A stretch of DNA of 64,000 nucleotides from an uncultured Candidatus Binatia bacterium (lineage in GTDB: Bacteria; Desulfobacterota; Binatia; Bin18), in assembly GCA_965214605.1 (NCBI GenBank), contig OZ243961.1, positions 352,001 to 416,000 on the forward strand, in the 5' to 3' direction. Shown here one piece after another: positions 22,644 through 32,178 of this stretch (positions within the stretch are counted from its first letter, which is position 1; each line of letters opens with the position of its first letter). The translations under genes and the position numbers were made by a program. The notes under the pieces are model-generated. The model ran no database searches. It saw only the letters and a list, made by a program, of their open reading frames with translations, and was not told the DNA's origin.

Positions 22644-23456
22644 ATGTTTGCTCGTCACGAGGGGATACGGGAAGAGATGCCCTATGTTCGTTTCTTAGCC
22701 ATCTGTATCAGTCTGGGTCTGCTGGTTCAGTTGAGCATTCGTTTATGGCAACAGGCCTGGTGGTTTCCGGTCGGGATGGATGCCACGACGCCCGAGTTTG
22801 CCACCTATTGGATGGGGTTGTTGTACACCGAAGCTGGTATTCTGGCCATGGTTGGATTTCTGGGCTGGATGGCCTACCGCAAGCCCTGCCGGGTGTGTGA
22901 AGCGCAGCGCCGTGAACACCGCCATATTCTGGCCCAGCACGAACTGAGTCATATCGGCAAGCTGTGGGCGACAGTTGCGGTGGCCGCCATGTTCGGCTTT
23001 GGAGTGAGCTATTTTGCCGAGCAGGACGCTTCGTGGCACCAGATTGTAGTCCGCGACACCGCTTTTACTCCGAGCCATATCCCACTGTTTTTCTTCACCT
23101 TTCCGATGCTCATTATCATGACCGGCCTAAGTTCGTGGTACGCCTATAAACGCCTGCACTACTTGTACGTGGGAGAGAATGGCAGAGGGATTCCCATCTC
23201 GTACCTGCTCTTCCCGGCTGGAGCCTGGCTGTTATTAGCCAATGTCAGCTTTAACGAACTCGGCCACTCTAGCTGGATCACCGAAGAGCTGTTTGTACAG
23301 CCCTACCACTTTCCGTTTGCCTGGGCGACATATTTCTTTTTTGCCGGATTTTCCCTGTTATTTGCGACCGTCCCGCATATCTTCAAGAACCTGAAAATCA
23401 TGGCCGAACAAGCGGTCGAAGAGACCGTCCCGCAAGAGACGTCCGCCCAGGCCTAG
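22644..23456 (+). CDS. pmoC: Copper membrane monooxygenase subunit C (PmoC/AmoC family), divergent
   Basis: EQDASWHQIVVRDTAFTPSH and NELGHSSWITEELFVQPYH match the PmoC CuC (D/H/H) and CuD (N/H/H) segments; AAGGAGG RBS before ATG 22644. Confidence 0.93.
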   Translation: MFARHEGIREEMPYVRFLAICISLGLLVQLSIRLWQQAWWFPVGMDATTPEFATYWMGLLYTEAGILAMVGFLGWMAYRKPCRVCEAQRREHRHILAQHELSHIGKLWATVAVAAMFGFGVSYFAEQDASWHQIVVRDTAFTPSHIPLFFFTFPMLIIMTGLSSWYAYKRLHYLYVGENGRGIPISYLLFPAGAWLLLANVSFNELGHSSWITEELFVQPYHFPFAWATYFFFAGFSLLFATVPHIFKNLKIMAEQAVEETVPQETSAQA

Positions 23457-23475
23457 TCTGTCCCCGGTCACCGGT

Positions 23476-23604
23476 ATGAAAGCGCAGGAAATCGCCGCTC
23501 TGGGCCGGATGAAAGAGGCGAAAATTTTCGACCTGATGCTCATCCTCGCCCTGATCGGTTTCTTTACCGTTATCCCCCACGTCAGCCGCCAGAGCCGGAA
23601 TTAA
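23476..23604 (+). pseudogene. pmoA: N-terminal stub of CuMMO subunit A (PmoA-like first TM helix)
   Basis: 42-aa ORF MKAQEIAALGRMKEAKIFDLMLILALIGFFTVIPHV in the pmoA position; D-hydrophobic-H pattern like PmoA helix 1; stops just before where GDWDFW is expected. Confidence 0.65.
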
Positions 23605-24653
23605 GCTGGATCGGTATTCTCGTGCCGGGCCCCAAGCTGGCGACCAAAGAACGCTGGATTAACGGCCGCTTCATCCAGAATGCCTTCCATATAGAGATCG
23701 GCCGACTGTACGATTTTCGCCTCGTTCTTCAGGCTCGCCAGCCGGGGCGCTACCACGTGCACCCTATGATCAACCTGGCAGGAACAGGTGGCCTGGTCGG
23801 TCCGGCAAAGTGGATCGAGGTGGAGTCCGGCGACGGTCCACCAAGCTACGAAGTCCAGCTCTCAGCCACTGGCGAAACGATTGACCTGGAAAATTTCGGC
23901 TTTGGCCGGATTGTAGGCTGGCATGTCATCTTTGGTCTGCTGGGACTGGCCTGGCTGGTCTACTGGGCATCAAAACCGCTCTTGGTGCGGCATATGCTGC
24001 TGCTCGAAGGGGTGGATGAGGAGCAGTTTAGCCGGCGGGATCGAAGCGTCGCGGGGGTCTTCAGCGCAGTCCTGGCAGCCGTTCTAATCGGCGGCTTATG
24101 GATCACAAATGCCAACATGCCGCCGACCATTCCGCATCAGACCCCCAGAGAGTGGAACCTGCCAGACACCCAAATGCTGCCTAACGCCGTGCACACGACG
24201 ATCAGGGAAATACGATACCGCCCCACCACTCGGGCCCTGCGCGTACAGGTTGAGGCGACAAATCTGGCCGAGTCGCCCGTTCTGCTGCGGAAATTTACGA
24301 CGAGCTATCTGTCCTTCGTCAATCAAGACAGCCTTGGAGCGTATCCCGATCCCGAAGGCCGGACGCTCCTCATGGATGTACAGCCTAGCGGTCTTATCCA
24401 GCCAGGCGAGACAGCAGTTTTGGATTTGACCATGCAGGATAGTGTTTGGGATCGGGATCGGTTCATCGCTTTTGACCAGCCCCAGCTCAGCGCGGCCGGT
24501 ATGCTGGTGTTTGTCGAGCCACGGCCCGCGGCCGGTCAGGAGCTGCCTCTGATCATGCTGAGCAATGACCGGGAGGCGCCCGGCGTCCCATGGGAATTGG
24601 TCCGCAGCCTCAATGAGGTGTACGCCAATCTCCAGGTGGATTTTGGCCTGTGA
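23577..24653 (+). pseudogene. pmoB: CuMMO subunit B (PmoB/AmoB family), 5'-truncated
   Basis: PEPELSWIGILVPGP...EIGRLYDFRLVLQARQPGRYHVHPMINLAGTGGLVGPAKWIEV, IDLENFG, two TMs; no signal peptide or N-terminal HGE. Confidence 0.88.
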
Positions 24654-25341
24654 GTCCGCTCAGTCCCTCCCAAGAGTCGAAACCAGCTGATGCGCTAGAA
24701 AAACGATTCGCTGGATTGGGCAGCGTTGCAGAGTGCTCCCGTATACTGGGAAATACGGCGTTTTGGCCTTATTTCCACCCCCAGGTTTCTGGAACTTCAA
24801 TCCTGAACCTGCTTGAATATCCGCGTCTATTTCTCGTTGGCTTGGCGACTCCCTCATACCGATGGCGGCTTCCCCCCTTAGCGATGCCCATGACATGGCA
24901 GGAGACCTCGCCTCCGTCGTTGGCCACCGGCCGAATGTTGTAAACGTCGTGCCGGCTCTCCCTGTGCAAGCTCTTCAAGTTGCTCCGTCCCTTATTTCGA
25001 GCGACGGTCACCTTCTCTCCTTGTAGCCATCAGACGTTTTTCGGCGTCCAACCGCTCTTAAGTGACGGACCCTCTTCCGGCGTTTTAGCGGCAGGGTGGA
25101 GGACGTACCAGACTGGAATCGACCGTGCCTCCTGCTCTCTTTAGCTACCCATAGAAAAAATGGCTCGGAGCTGCATAAGGAACAGCATCATATGGACTAG
25201 TCATCACCACCGATCCTGAGAAATCCCTGAGGGACAGCCGCTCTGCCGAGCGACGGAGAACGTTTCCGATACAGGGCGTCTGTAACCCGGGTGGCAAAAG
25301 CAACCATTCTGTTGCCCTCTCCTCGGATGGGCAAGTGGCCG

Positions 25342-27315
25342 CTACGGCGCGGCTGACCCCTCACTGACAGAGAACACCTCTTTCCAGAGCGAGCCAGCCG
25401 CAGTGAACTGCCCCGTCTCGATCCGGGCAATCGAGTAGGACGGGAGGGGCACTTGGGCCAGGCACCGGCCGTCAACGCTCCTCCCCCACCAGGCAAAAAC
25501 GAAGTTCCGGGTGTCACACCCATACGGACGCCGGAACTGCGGCAGAGCGGCCTCGGCCACGGGCACCCAGGTGCAGAAAGAACCGGGCGGCGGTATCGGC
25601 CGGCTGGCACGCCTCTTTGCTGGAGGAGAGCGCCCCCTTATGGAGAGAGAGGGCAAACGGCACCCGGGCCACCGGGGGGCCGGCGGCCGGCACCCCCCAC
25701 CCGGTGAGGCGCCACAATGGTCAGCAGGGGACTGCCATAGGCCTGCAGGGAATAGAGGGCGGGAGCCGCGGGGATTCTCTCCTGAGAGGACAGCCCCCAG
25801 GGGGCGCCCTCGTAGAAGAAAAACTCGGCCCGCTCATCATCCGTCACCACAAGGTGCGCCCGGTCCGCCGCGGGCAGGATCGCCCGGTTTCGGACGACGC
25901 CCCGCGCCGGGCCGTCGTGCTGCACATACAACGTGGCGGCGGGGAAGCGGGCGCGCAGATATTCCAGGCCCTGCCGGTACGCCACCTGCCAATAGTCCAT
26001 ATCGTACCACTGCCCCGGCGGCGTGCGAGTCCCCAGGACGTTGAAATAGACCTGTTGGTGCGGGTGGAGCGAGACCATCGCCCCCACCACCGCGGCCAGG
26101 CCCAGCCCGACGCCGCCAGACACGGTCGCCCGGCGCCACCACGCCGGCCGGCCCCCGTGCGGGCCCATGAGCGCCTGCAGGCCCATCGCCGCCAGCACAC
26201 AGAACGGAGCCCACAGAAAGTACAGGTGGCGCCAGCCATTGTAGGTGTGGGCCTCCAAGACGAGCACCACCCCCACCGGCCCCACCAGACAGCCCAGTAG
26301 CAGCAGGCCGAAACGCCCCTCCCCATCACGCAGCAGCCGGCGGGGGTGGCGGAGGCCCTGCCAGCACAGCCGCCCGATCCCGATCCCCCCCAGGAGCAGG
26401 GTCAGCGGGGGGGTGGTGAGGCCAAACCAGGTCGGCAGGTACGCCCACGGCAGGGCATCCGACCGGATCAGCTGCCCCTGGAACAGCTCGGTGCGGACCG
26501 GGAGGTGAGCCAACGTCGTCACGGCGTCCAGCAGGCGGAGCGGATTGGCCCACAACACCGGTAACGTGGCGTACACGGTCACGCCCGCGGCGGCCACGAA
26601 GGCCACACTGGTCAGAAAGATGTGGCGGCGCTGCGGGGGGGGGGGGGGGGGGGGGGGGGGCGAGGAAGGCGTCCACGGCCCGCAGGGCAAGGACCGCCGG
26701 CACCAACATCCAGCCAAAGATCCGCAGGTTGATGGCCAGCCCCACACTCAGGCCACACAGGGCGAAAGCGCCCAGCGTGTCCTTCCGGCAGGCCCGGTGG
26801 GTGAGCGCCAACGCCACCATGACCAGCACCAGGAAGGGAATGTCCTTCGGGTTAAAGAAAGAATGGGCGTAGAGCCGGGGATGGAGGAGAAAAAGCAGCA
26901 GGGCGACCAGGGCCAGCAGGCGGCGGCCGTACAGCCGGAAGACGAGCCAGCCGCAACACACGCCGCCGGCCACAAAGACCAGGTGGGTCAGCAGATGGCG
27001 CAGGAGGAAGATGTGCCGGCTGTCGTCCAGGCCCAGCGCCTGCTCAAGCAGCAGCACCGGCAGTTGAAAGGCCATGCCGTAGAAGCGATCGTGGCGTTTG
27101 TGGGTGGCGATCTCGGGAGCCGTACCCAGGATATAGGCGAGGGTAGCGCGGGCCGTGCGGCGCTGGGCAAACTCATCCGCTCCGACGCCGTAGTCGTCCA
27201 ACACCACCACCCCGACGCCGGCGAACAGCAGGCCTCCCATCAGCGCCAGGGCCCAGAACGGGAGGCGCCGCCAGCGGGGCAAGGCGCTCGCTCTGGAGGC
27301 AGTGGATGCGGACAC
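25342..27315 (-). pseudogene. Multi-TM glycosyltransferase (GT39/ArnT/PMT-like) with C-terminal extracellular domain, copy C; split at a poly-G tract and near the 3' end
   Basis: LDDYGVGADE, HPRLYAHSFFNPKDIPF, LPWAYLPTWFGLTTPP, YNGWRHLYFL, DMDYW; three ORF pieces 26326..27315, 25638..26747, 25342..25656. Confidence 0.8.
26635..26660. repeat. G26 homopolymer tract (poly-C on coding strand)
   Basis: 26 consecutive G; the reading frame of the glycosyltransferase switches within the tract. Confidence 0.95.
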
Positions 27316-27906
27316 CGGGACAGGCTGCCCGCTGCCCGCCTTTTTGTCAACAGGGAAGCGGCTGCCGGCCCGGCACCAGGCCGGCCACGGCAGCCCGCAC
27401 GAGGGCCGCTTGGCTGCGGGACCCCTCTCTCTTGCCAGGCGTCAGATGGTGTGAAGGGCCCTCCCCTCAGCCTGGCCCATAGACACGACCGACTCCAGAG
27501 AGAGGAGAGAACCGGGACTTCTCGCGGCTACCCAGCGCCAGGCTGAGGGAGCAGCGGGGCAAGGGCGAGGCCCCCAGCGTCGCGGGGCATTCCAGCAGGC
27601 CGGGGACTAGCGTCAACCTGCCCTGGTCTCGGGGGCGGCACCTCCCATCAAGCTCGCAGATAAGCACGGCCATGGTGACGCCTCCTAACGGGCCTCTGGA
27701 GAAAAGTCCTCACTCGAGGCCTCTCCGAAGGGGAGAGGGAGAACGGGGCACCAAGCCTGCACTCTTCGCCAGGGGGCTCCAGCTACCTGCCGGCCTGAAC
27801 CTGATCAATATCGCGCCCTGCCCCACGGTCGGCACTCGTGGTCAGCGAGCGTAGGCTTGCAGGGCAGCCGATACTTTGCGCTTGGCCGGCGTATACGCCT
27901 CCTTGC
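27190..27906 (-). repeat. Inverted duplicate of 6385-6905 including the last ~43 codons of ilvD (27783-27906)
   Basis: Reverse complement reads aag gag gcg tat acg ccg gcc aag cgc...cag gcc ggc agg tag, matching the ilvD end with one 6-nt and one 1-nt deletion and several substitutions. Confidence 0.92.
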
Positions 27907-27941
27907 ATGGACACCTCAATACCGGCGTTCTCATTTGCTCC

Positions 27942-28630
27942 TTACTGCTTATAAACGGGATTGATTCGGCGTAATCCCAAACCGCATGCATATTGCACGG
28001 TCACTCTGATAGTGATCCGCTCGGTTTCGGGAGCGTTGGACATACCCCTATCCTCTTGCATGCTGTGCACGGATTCTTGGGAAACAGGCAGGATGTCCAC
28101 CACGCGTAGGACCCCTCGGGCAGCTTTTCCAACAGGCATTCTTCCTGCTCTATTGCAGCCAGCCGCTTCTTGAGTCGTCGAGATAGCTCGTTGCGTCTGC
28201 CCTCTTCCTTGGCTCCCAGTTGCCTCCTGATGTTCAACCGAAGGAGAATCGTTCTCATTCCGACTGAATTTTCCGAAGCTGCCGGTCGTACTGCCGCAAA
28301 GTTCTCGATCAACTCACCAATGCTGTCCGGGCGTGTCATCAATCAGACAACGAATGCGAGGCTGCGTCCATCTGCTGTGTGCGGCAGTGGATCGCCCTGT
28401 GACACAGAGACGGCCAAATGCGGATCATCCTGAAAGGCCGACCCTATGCAGTGGGCTTTGGCAGCGAGTCGGAAATGGGCAGAGTTGCCCTCGAGTACGG
28501 CAAGTTTTCCCACCGGCGTGACCTTGATCATGTCGTCAAATTCCCTGGGCTTGGGAAGTTTCGTCCATAGCTGCTTGGTATGGACGCTAACCGCTTGCCC
28601 ACTCGATCCGCTTGGCTCAACCTCCGGCAA
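27942..28630 (-). pseudogene. Possible decayed gene of unknown function
   Basis: ORFs 28343..28630 and 28001..28342 are contiguous in one frame, separated by a single TGA; no recognisable motif. Confidence 0.3.
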
Positions 28631-28878
28631 TCAAGACTTTGGCCGGCTCAGTCCAATGCGGATCTTCGAGAACCCTCTAATCTATCGAAGGAATTCGTAG
28701 ACAGGAGGGGACCGGGAATGACAATAGGAGCGTATTTAGAATGCTTTGAGAGGGTTCATCGTTGCCACTCCGCCAAACGGTGACTCCGGTACGCTCCCAT
28801 TCCTTTCCTCGGGTTGACTTCAGGGTTGACCATCCGGATAGACGCGTTACGATTGTGCCATGAAGCGGTGCGAAGTCC

Positions 28879-29070
28879 TGGTTCCATGCGCTGCGCAACG
28901 CGTTTATCACCGCGGCCGAGCGCGAGTTGATGCTGCCGCGCTCGCTGACCAAGCGGCTCGTCAACCATGCTCGGCCGCAGGATGTGACCGAGGGCTACGC
29001 CGCCGACTGGACAGTGCAGCCGATCGGCGATCCGGCTCAGCGCATCGCCGATCGGATTGATACGTTGATG
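28879..29070 (+). pseudogene. C-terminal fragment of tyrosine recombinase/integrase
   Basis: WFHALRNAFITAAERELMLPRSLTKRLVNHARPQDVTEGY contains the HxxR...H...Y catalytic pattern. Confidence 0.8.
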
Positions 29071-29263
29071 GGTGCAACGGGAGGGCCGGAATCGATCATA
29101 CTTCAGTCGCGGTCGCACGGCGCGAGCGGTCGATTGTCAGCTGTCCGGCGGTGCGCTGCGGATTTCCGCGGGCAATCCAGCCCTGGAACAGGATTGAAGG
29201 GCCGTTGTCCGGCAAATGTCCTGGGGCGGACGGTGGAGCCACATTTGACGGGAAGGACGCTGT

Positions 29264-30867
29264 ATGGCGCGGGAAAGACCCAGAAAACGGCGAGGCAACA
29301 GCGAAACCGGACGGCGGCGAACGACCGGCCATGAGACCGAGTTGTGGGCGATGGCCGACGCCCTGCGCGGCTCGATGGACGCCGCCGAATACAAGCATGT
29401 CGTGCTCGGCCTCATCTTCCTGAAATACATCTCCGACGCCTTCGAGGAGCGTCACGCGGCGGTGCTCGCCGAATGGGGCGCGGAAGCCGCCGAGGACCGT
29501 GACGAGTATCTCGCGGAGAACATCTTCTGGGTCCCGCCGGAAGCCCACTGGGACCGTCTGAGGGCGCAGGCCCGGCAGCCGGCCATTGGCCAGGTCGTCG
29601 ATGACGCCATGGCGGCGATTGAGTACGACAACCCCGCTCTCGAAAGCGTGCTCCCGAAGGACTATGCACGTCCGGCGCTTGACAAGCAGCGGCTTGGACA
29701 GCTCATCGACATGATCGGCAATATCCGGGTGGGCGATGAAGAGGCTCGCTCGCGGGACGTGCTCGGCCGCGTTTACGAATACTTCCCTTCCTGTCGCAGT
29801 TCGCGAGCGCGGAGGGCAAGAAGGGCGGCGAGTTCTACACGCCGCGCTGCGTGGTCCGGCTGCTGGTCGAGATGCTGGAGCCCTATCGAGGCCGGGTCTA
29901 CGACCCGTGTTGCGGCTCGTCCGGGATGTTCGTGCAGTCGGTCGAGTTCATCCGGGCGCACGCGACCGGCAACGGCAACGGGGGCAAGGCGAAGGGCGAC
30001 ATCTCAATCTGGGGCCAGGAGTCCAACTACACGACGTGGAGGCTGGCGAAGATGAACCTCGCCAGCCGCGGCATAGAGGGCCGGATCGCCCATGGCGACA
30101 GCTTCCACAACGACCGCCATCCGGACCTTAAGGCCGACTTCATCCTTGCCAATCCGCCGTTCAACGTCTCGGACTGGGGCGGGGAGCGGCTCGCGGACGA
30201 CAAGCGCTGGAAGCATGGCGTTCCGCCGAAGGGCAATGCCAACTTCGCCTGGGTGCAGCACGTGGTTCACCATCTGGCACCGGGCGGCGCGGCCGGCTTC
30301 GTGCTCGCGAACGGCTCCATGTCGTCGGCCCAGTCGGGCGAAGGCGACATCAGGAAGAGCCTGATCGAGGCCGGGCTCGTGGACTGCATGGTGGCCCTGC
30401 CGGGCCAGCTCTTCTACTCGACCCAGATTCCGGCCTGCCTGTGGTTCCTGGCGCGGGACCGGGGCAACGACAGGTTCCGTGATCGGCGGGGCGAGATCCT
30501 CTTCATCGACGCCCGCACGCTCGGGCGCATGCTGGATCGCACCCATCGCGAACTGACCGACAACGATATTGCCCGCATCGCAGACACCTACCACTGTTGG
30601 CGCTTGAGCGGGGACGGGAGCGGCTATGCCGACGCTCCCGGCTTCTGCCGGAGCGCACCGCTGGAGGAAGTACGCAAGCAGGGACATGTGCTCACACCCG
30701 GCCGCTATGTCGGCGCGCCGCCGCGCGAGGACGACGGCGAGCCGTTCGAGGACAAGATGAAGCGCCTCGTCGCCAAGCTTCAGGAGCAGCAGGCCAAGGG
30801 CGCAAGGCTCGACTCTGTCATCGCCGACAACCTGAAAGCGCTGGGGTTCGGGGGCGGCAAGTCGTGA
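29264..30867 (+). pseudogene. hsdM: Type I restriction-modification methyltransferase subunit, frameshifted at ~29786
   Basis: [30 protein letters not shown]; a CTTCC duplication breaks YEYFLSQF. Confidence 0.93.
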
Positions 30868-31277
30868 GCAATTCCGATGAGGTTCGCTGGAGGCAGCGGC
30901 TGGAGAGTTTCGCCGCGGCCCTCGCACGATTAAATGAGGCCTGCGACCAGGAACGTTACAGCGATCTTGAACGTGCGGGGCTGATCAAGACCTTCGAGTT
31001 CTGTTTCGAACTGTCGTGGAAGGTGTTGAAAGATCTTTTGTTCTATGAAGGCTACGAGGAGAAGACGCTTCGCGCCGTCATCCGCAAGAGCTTCGAGGCT
31101 GAGTATATCGACGAGAGCGACTGCGAAACCATGCTCGAAGCCCTCGATAAGCGCAACGTGCTGAGCCATGCCTACCGGAAAGATGTTGCGCTTGAAGCGG
31201 AGGCCATGATCAAGGATCTCTACCACCCCGTTCTGACGCGGCTTCACGCGGTGTTGAGCGCGAGGGCGAACCGATGA
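30864..31277 (+). CDS. HI0074-family HEPN protein (nucleotidyltransferase substrate-binding / RNase toxin)
   Basis: [37 protein letters not shown] (RxxxxH); GTGA overlap with hsdM stop. Confidence 0.88.
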   Translation: MSNSDEVRWRQRLESFAAALARLNEACDQERYSDLERAGLIKTFEFCFELSWKVLKDLLFYEGYEEKTLRAVIRKSFEAEYIDESDCETMLEALDKRNVLSHAYRKDVALEAEAMIKDLYHPVLTRLHAVLSARANR

Positions 31278-31714
31278 TCGACGGTTTGAAGGACAAACAC
31301 CGCGACGCGATCATCGAGGTTCTTGCTTCCAATGACCGCGTGGAGCGGGTGGTTCTGTTCGGATCACGGGCGATGGAAACCTTCACCCCCAGTTCCGACG
31401 TGGATATCGCCCTGTTCGGTAAAGAGTTGACCCTGACGGACCAGGGCCGTCTGGCCGCGGCCCTGGAAGCTCTCACCATTCCCCAGCGGGTTGACCTGCT
31501 TCTCCATGCCCGGATCGACAACGACGCGCTGCGCGCGCAGATCCGACGGCACGGCATTGAGTGGTACAGGCGACCGAAGGGGACGCCTCCCGCTCGGCCC
31601 CCCCCTTCCCCCCAGCCATCTCGCGACGCTCGAATCCTTGCTGAAGAAATATCTGCCCGATGTCGAGGTCTGGGCTTCTGGCAGCCGCGTGAACGGGCGA
31701 AGCCATGCCGGTAG
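31274..31714 (+). CDS. MNT-type nucleotidyltransferase domain protein (the C-terminal tail may be out of frame)
   Basis: LFGSRA...SDVDIAL...VDL; ATGA overlap with the HEPN gene. Confidence 0.85.
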   Translation: MIDGLKDKHRDAIIEVLASNDRVERVVLFGSRAMETFTPSSDVDIALFGKELTLTDQGRLAAALEALTIPQRVDLLLHARIDNDALRAQIRRHGIEWYRRPKGTPPARPPPSPQPSRDARILAEEISARCRGLGFWQPRERAKPCR

Positions 31715-31907
31715 CGATCTCGACCTCGCACTGCGCGGGCCGGACTTGAAGACAATCCCGGCCGACCGCCTGGCGGCGTTCAAGGAGGCGCTGCGCGAAT
31801 CCAGCATCCCCTTCCTGGTCGAGGCCAGGGACTGGGCGGGCCTCCCGGCACGCTTCCACCGAGAGATTGAGCGGGAGTATGCGGTGTTGCACGCGCCGAG
31901 AACCTGA
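31580..31907 (+). pseudogene. Second MNT nucleotidyltransferase domain lacking a clear start
   Basis: VWASGSRVNG...SDLDLALRG...IPFLVEARDW in a different frame overlapping the first MNT ORF. Confidence 0.7.
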
Positions 31908-31949
31908 TACAGCAGGCCGCTACAGCCCAACTCACACACGACCAATGGG

Positions 31950-32170
31950 CCCGTTAAGACAACCGTGGGGAAATTTGCCCCGTTTTCTTATGGCAAGCGT
32001 TTACCAGAGGGGAAGAGAAATCCAGCGGGGGATGTTCCCGTGTTCGGTTCCAACGGTGTTAAAGGAGAACCAGTGTACATCGACACCGACAACATAAAAT
32101 CCAATTGTGTCGATTTGGCGAAGTTCGCTTCCGGCAAACTCAAGGCTATCGAAGTGGCATGCTCTCAATG
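31950..32170 (+). pseudogene. hsdS: Remnant of type I R-M specificity subunit
   Basis: TVGKFAPFSYGKRLP...VPVFGSNG resembles a TRD start; LAKFASGKLK resembles the HsdS C-terminal motif; lies between hsdM and hsdR. Confidence 0.6.
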
Positions 32171-32178
32171 GGTATGCC

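Noticed and set aside
24654-25340. Possible pmoD or accessory gene downstream of pmoB
   Set aside because: Only short interrupted ORFs with no PmoD or CopC features
28343-28345. In-frame TGA as a second selenocysteine site
   Set aside because: No redox motif or recognisable family; lies in a decayed island, so a nonsense mutation is more likely
28749-28775. GAGGGTTC...CTCCGCCA resembling a tRNA-Ser 3' att fragment
   Set aside because: The T-loop and stem do not match well enough to support the call
30004-30927. Long antisense ORFs here and opposite other genes (e.g. 40803-41864, 26545-27546)
   Set aside because: Shadow ORFs of GC-rich genes on the other strand
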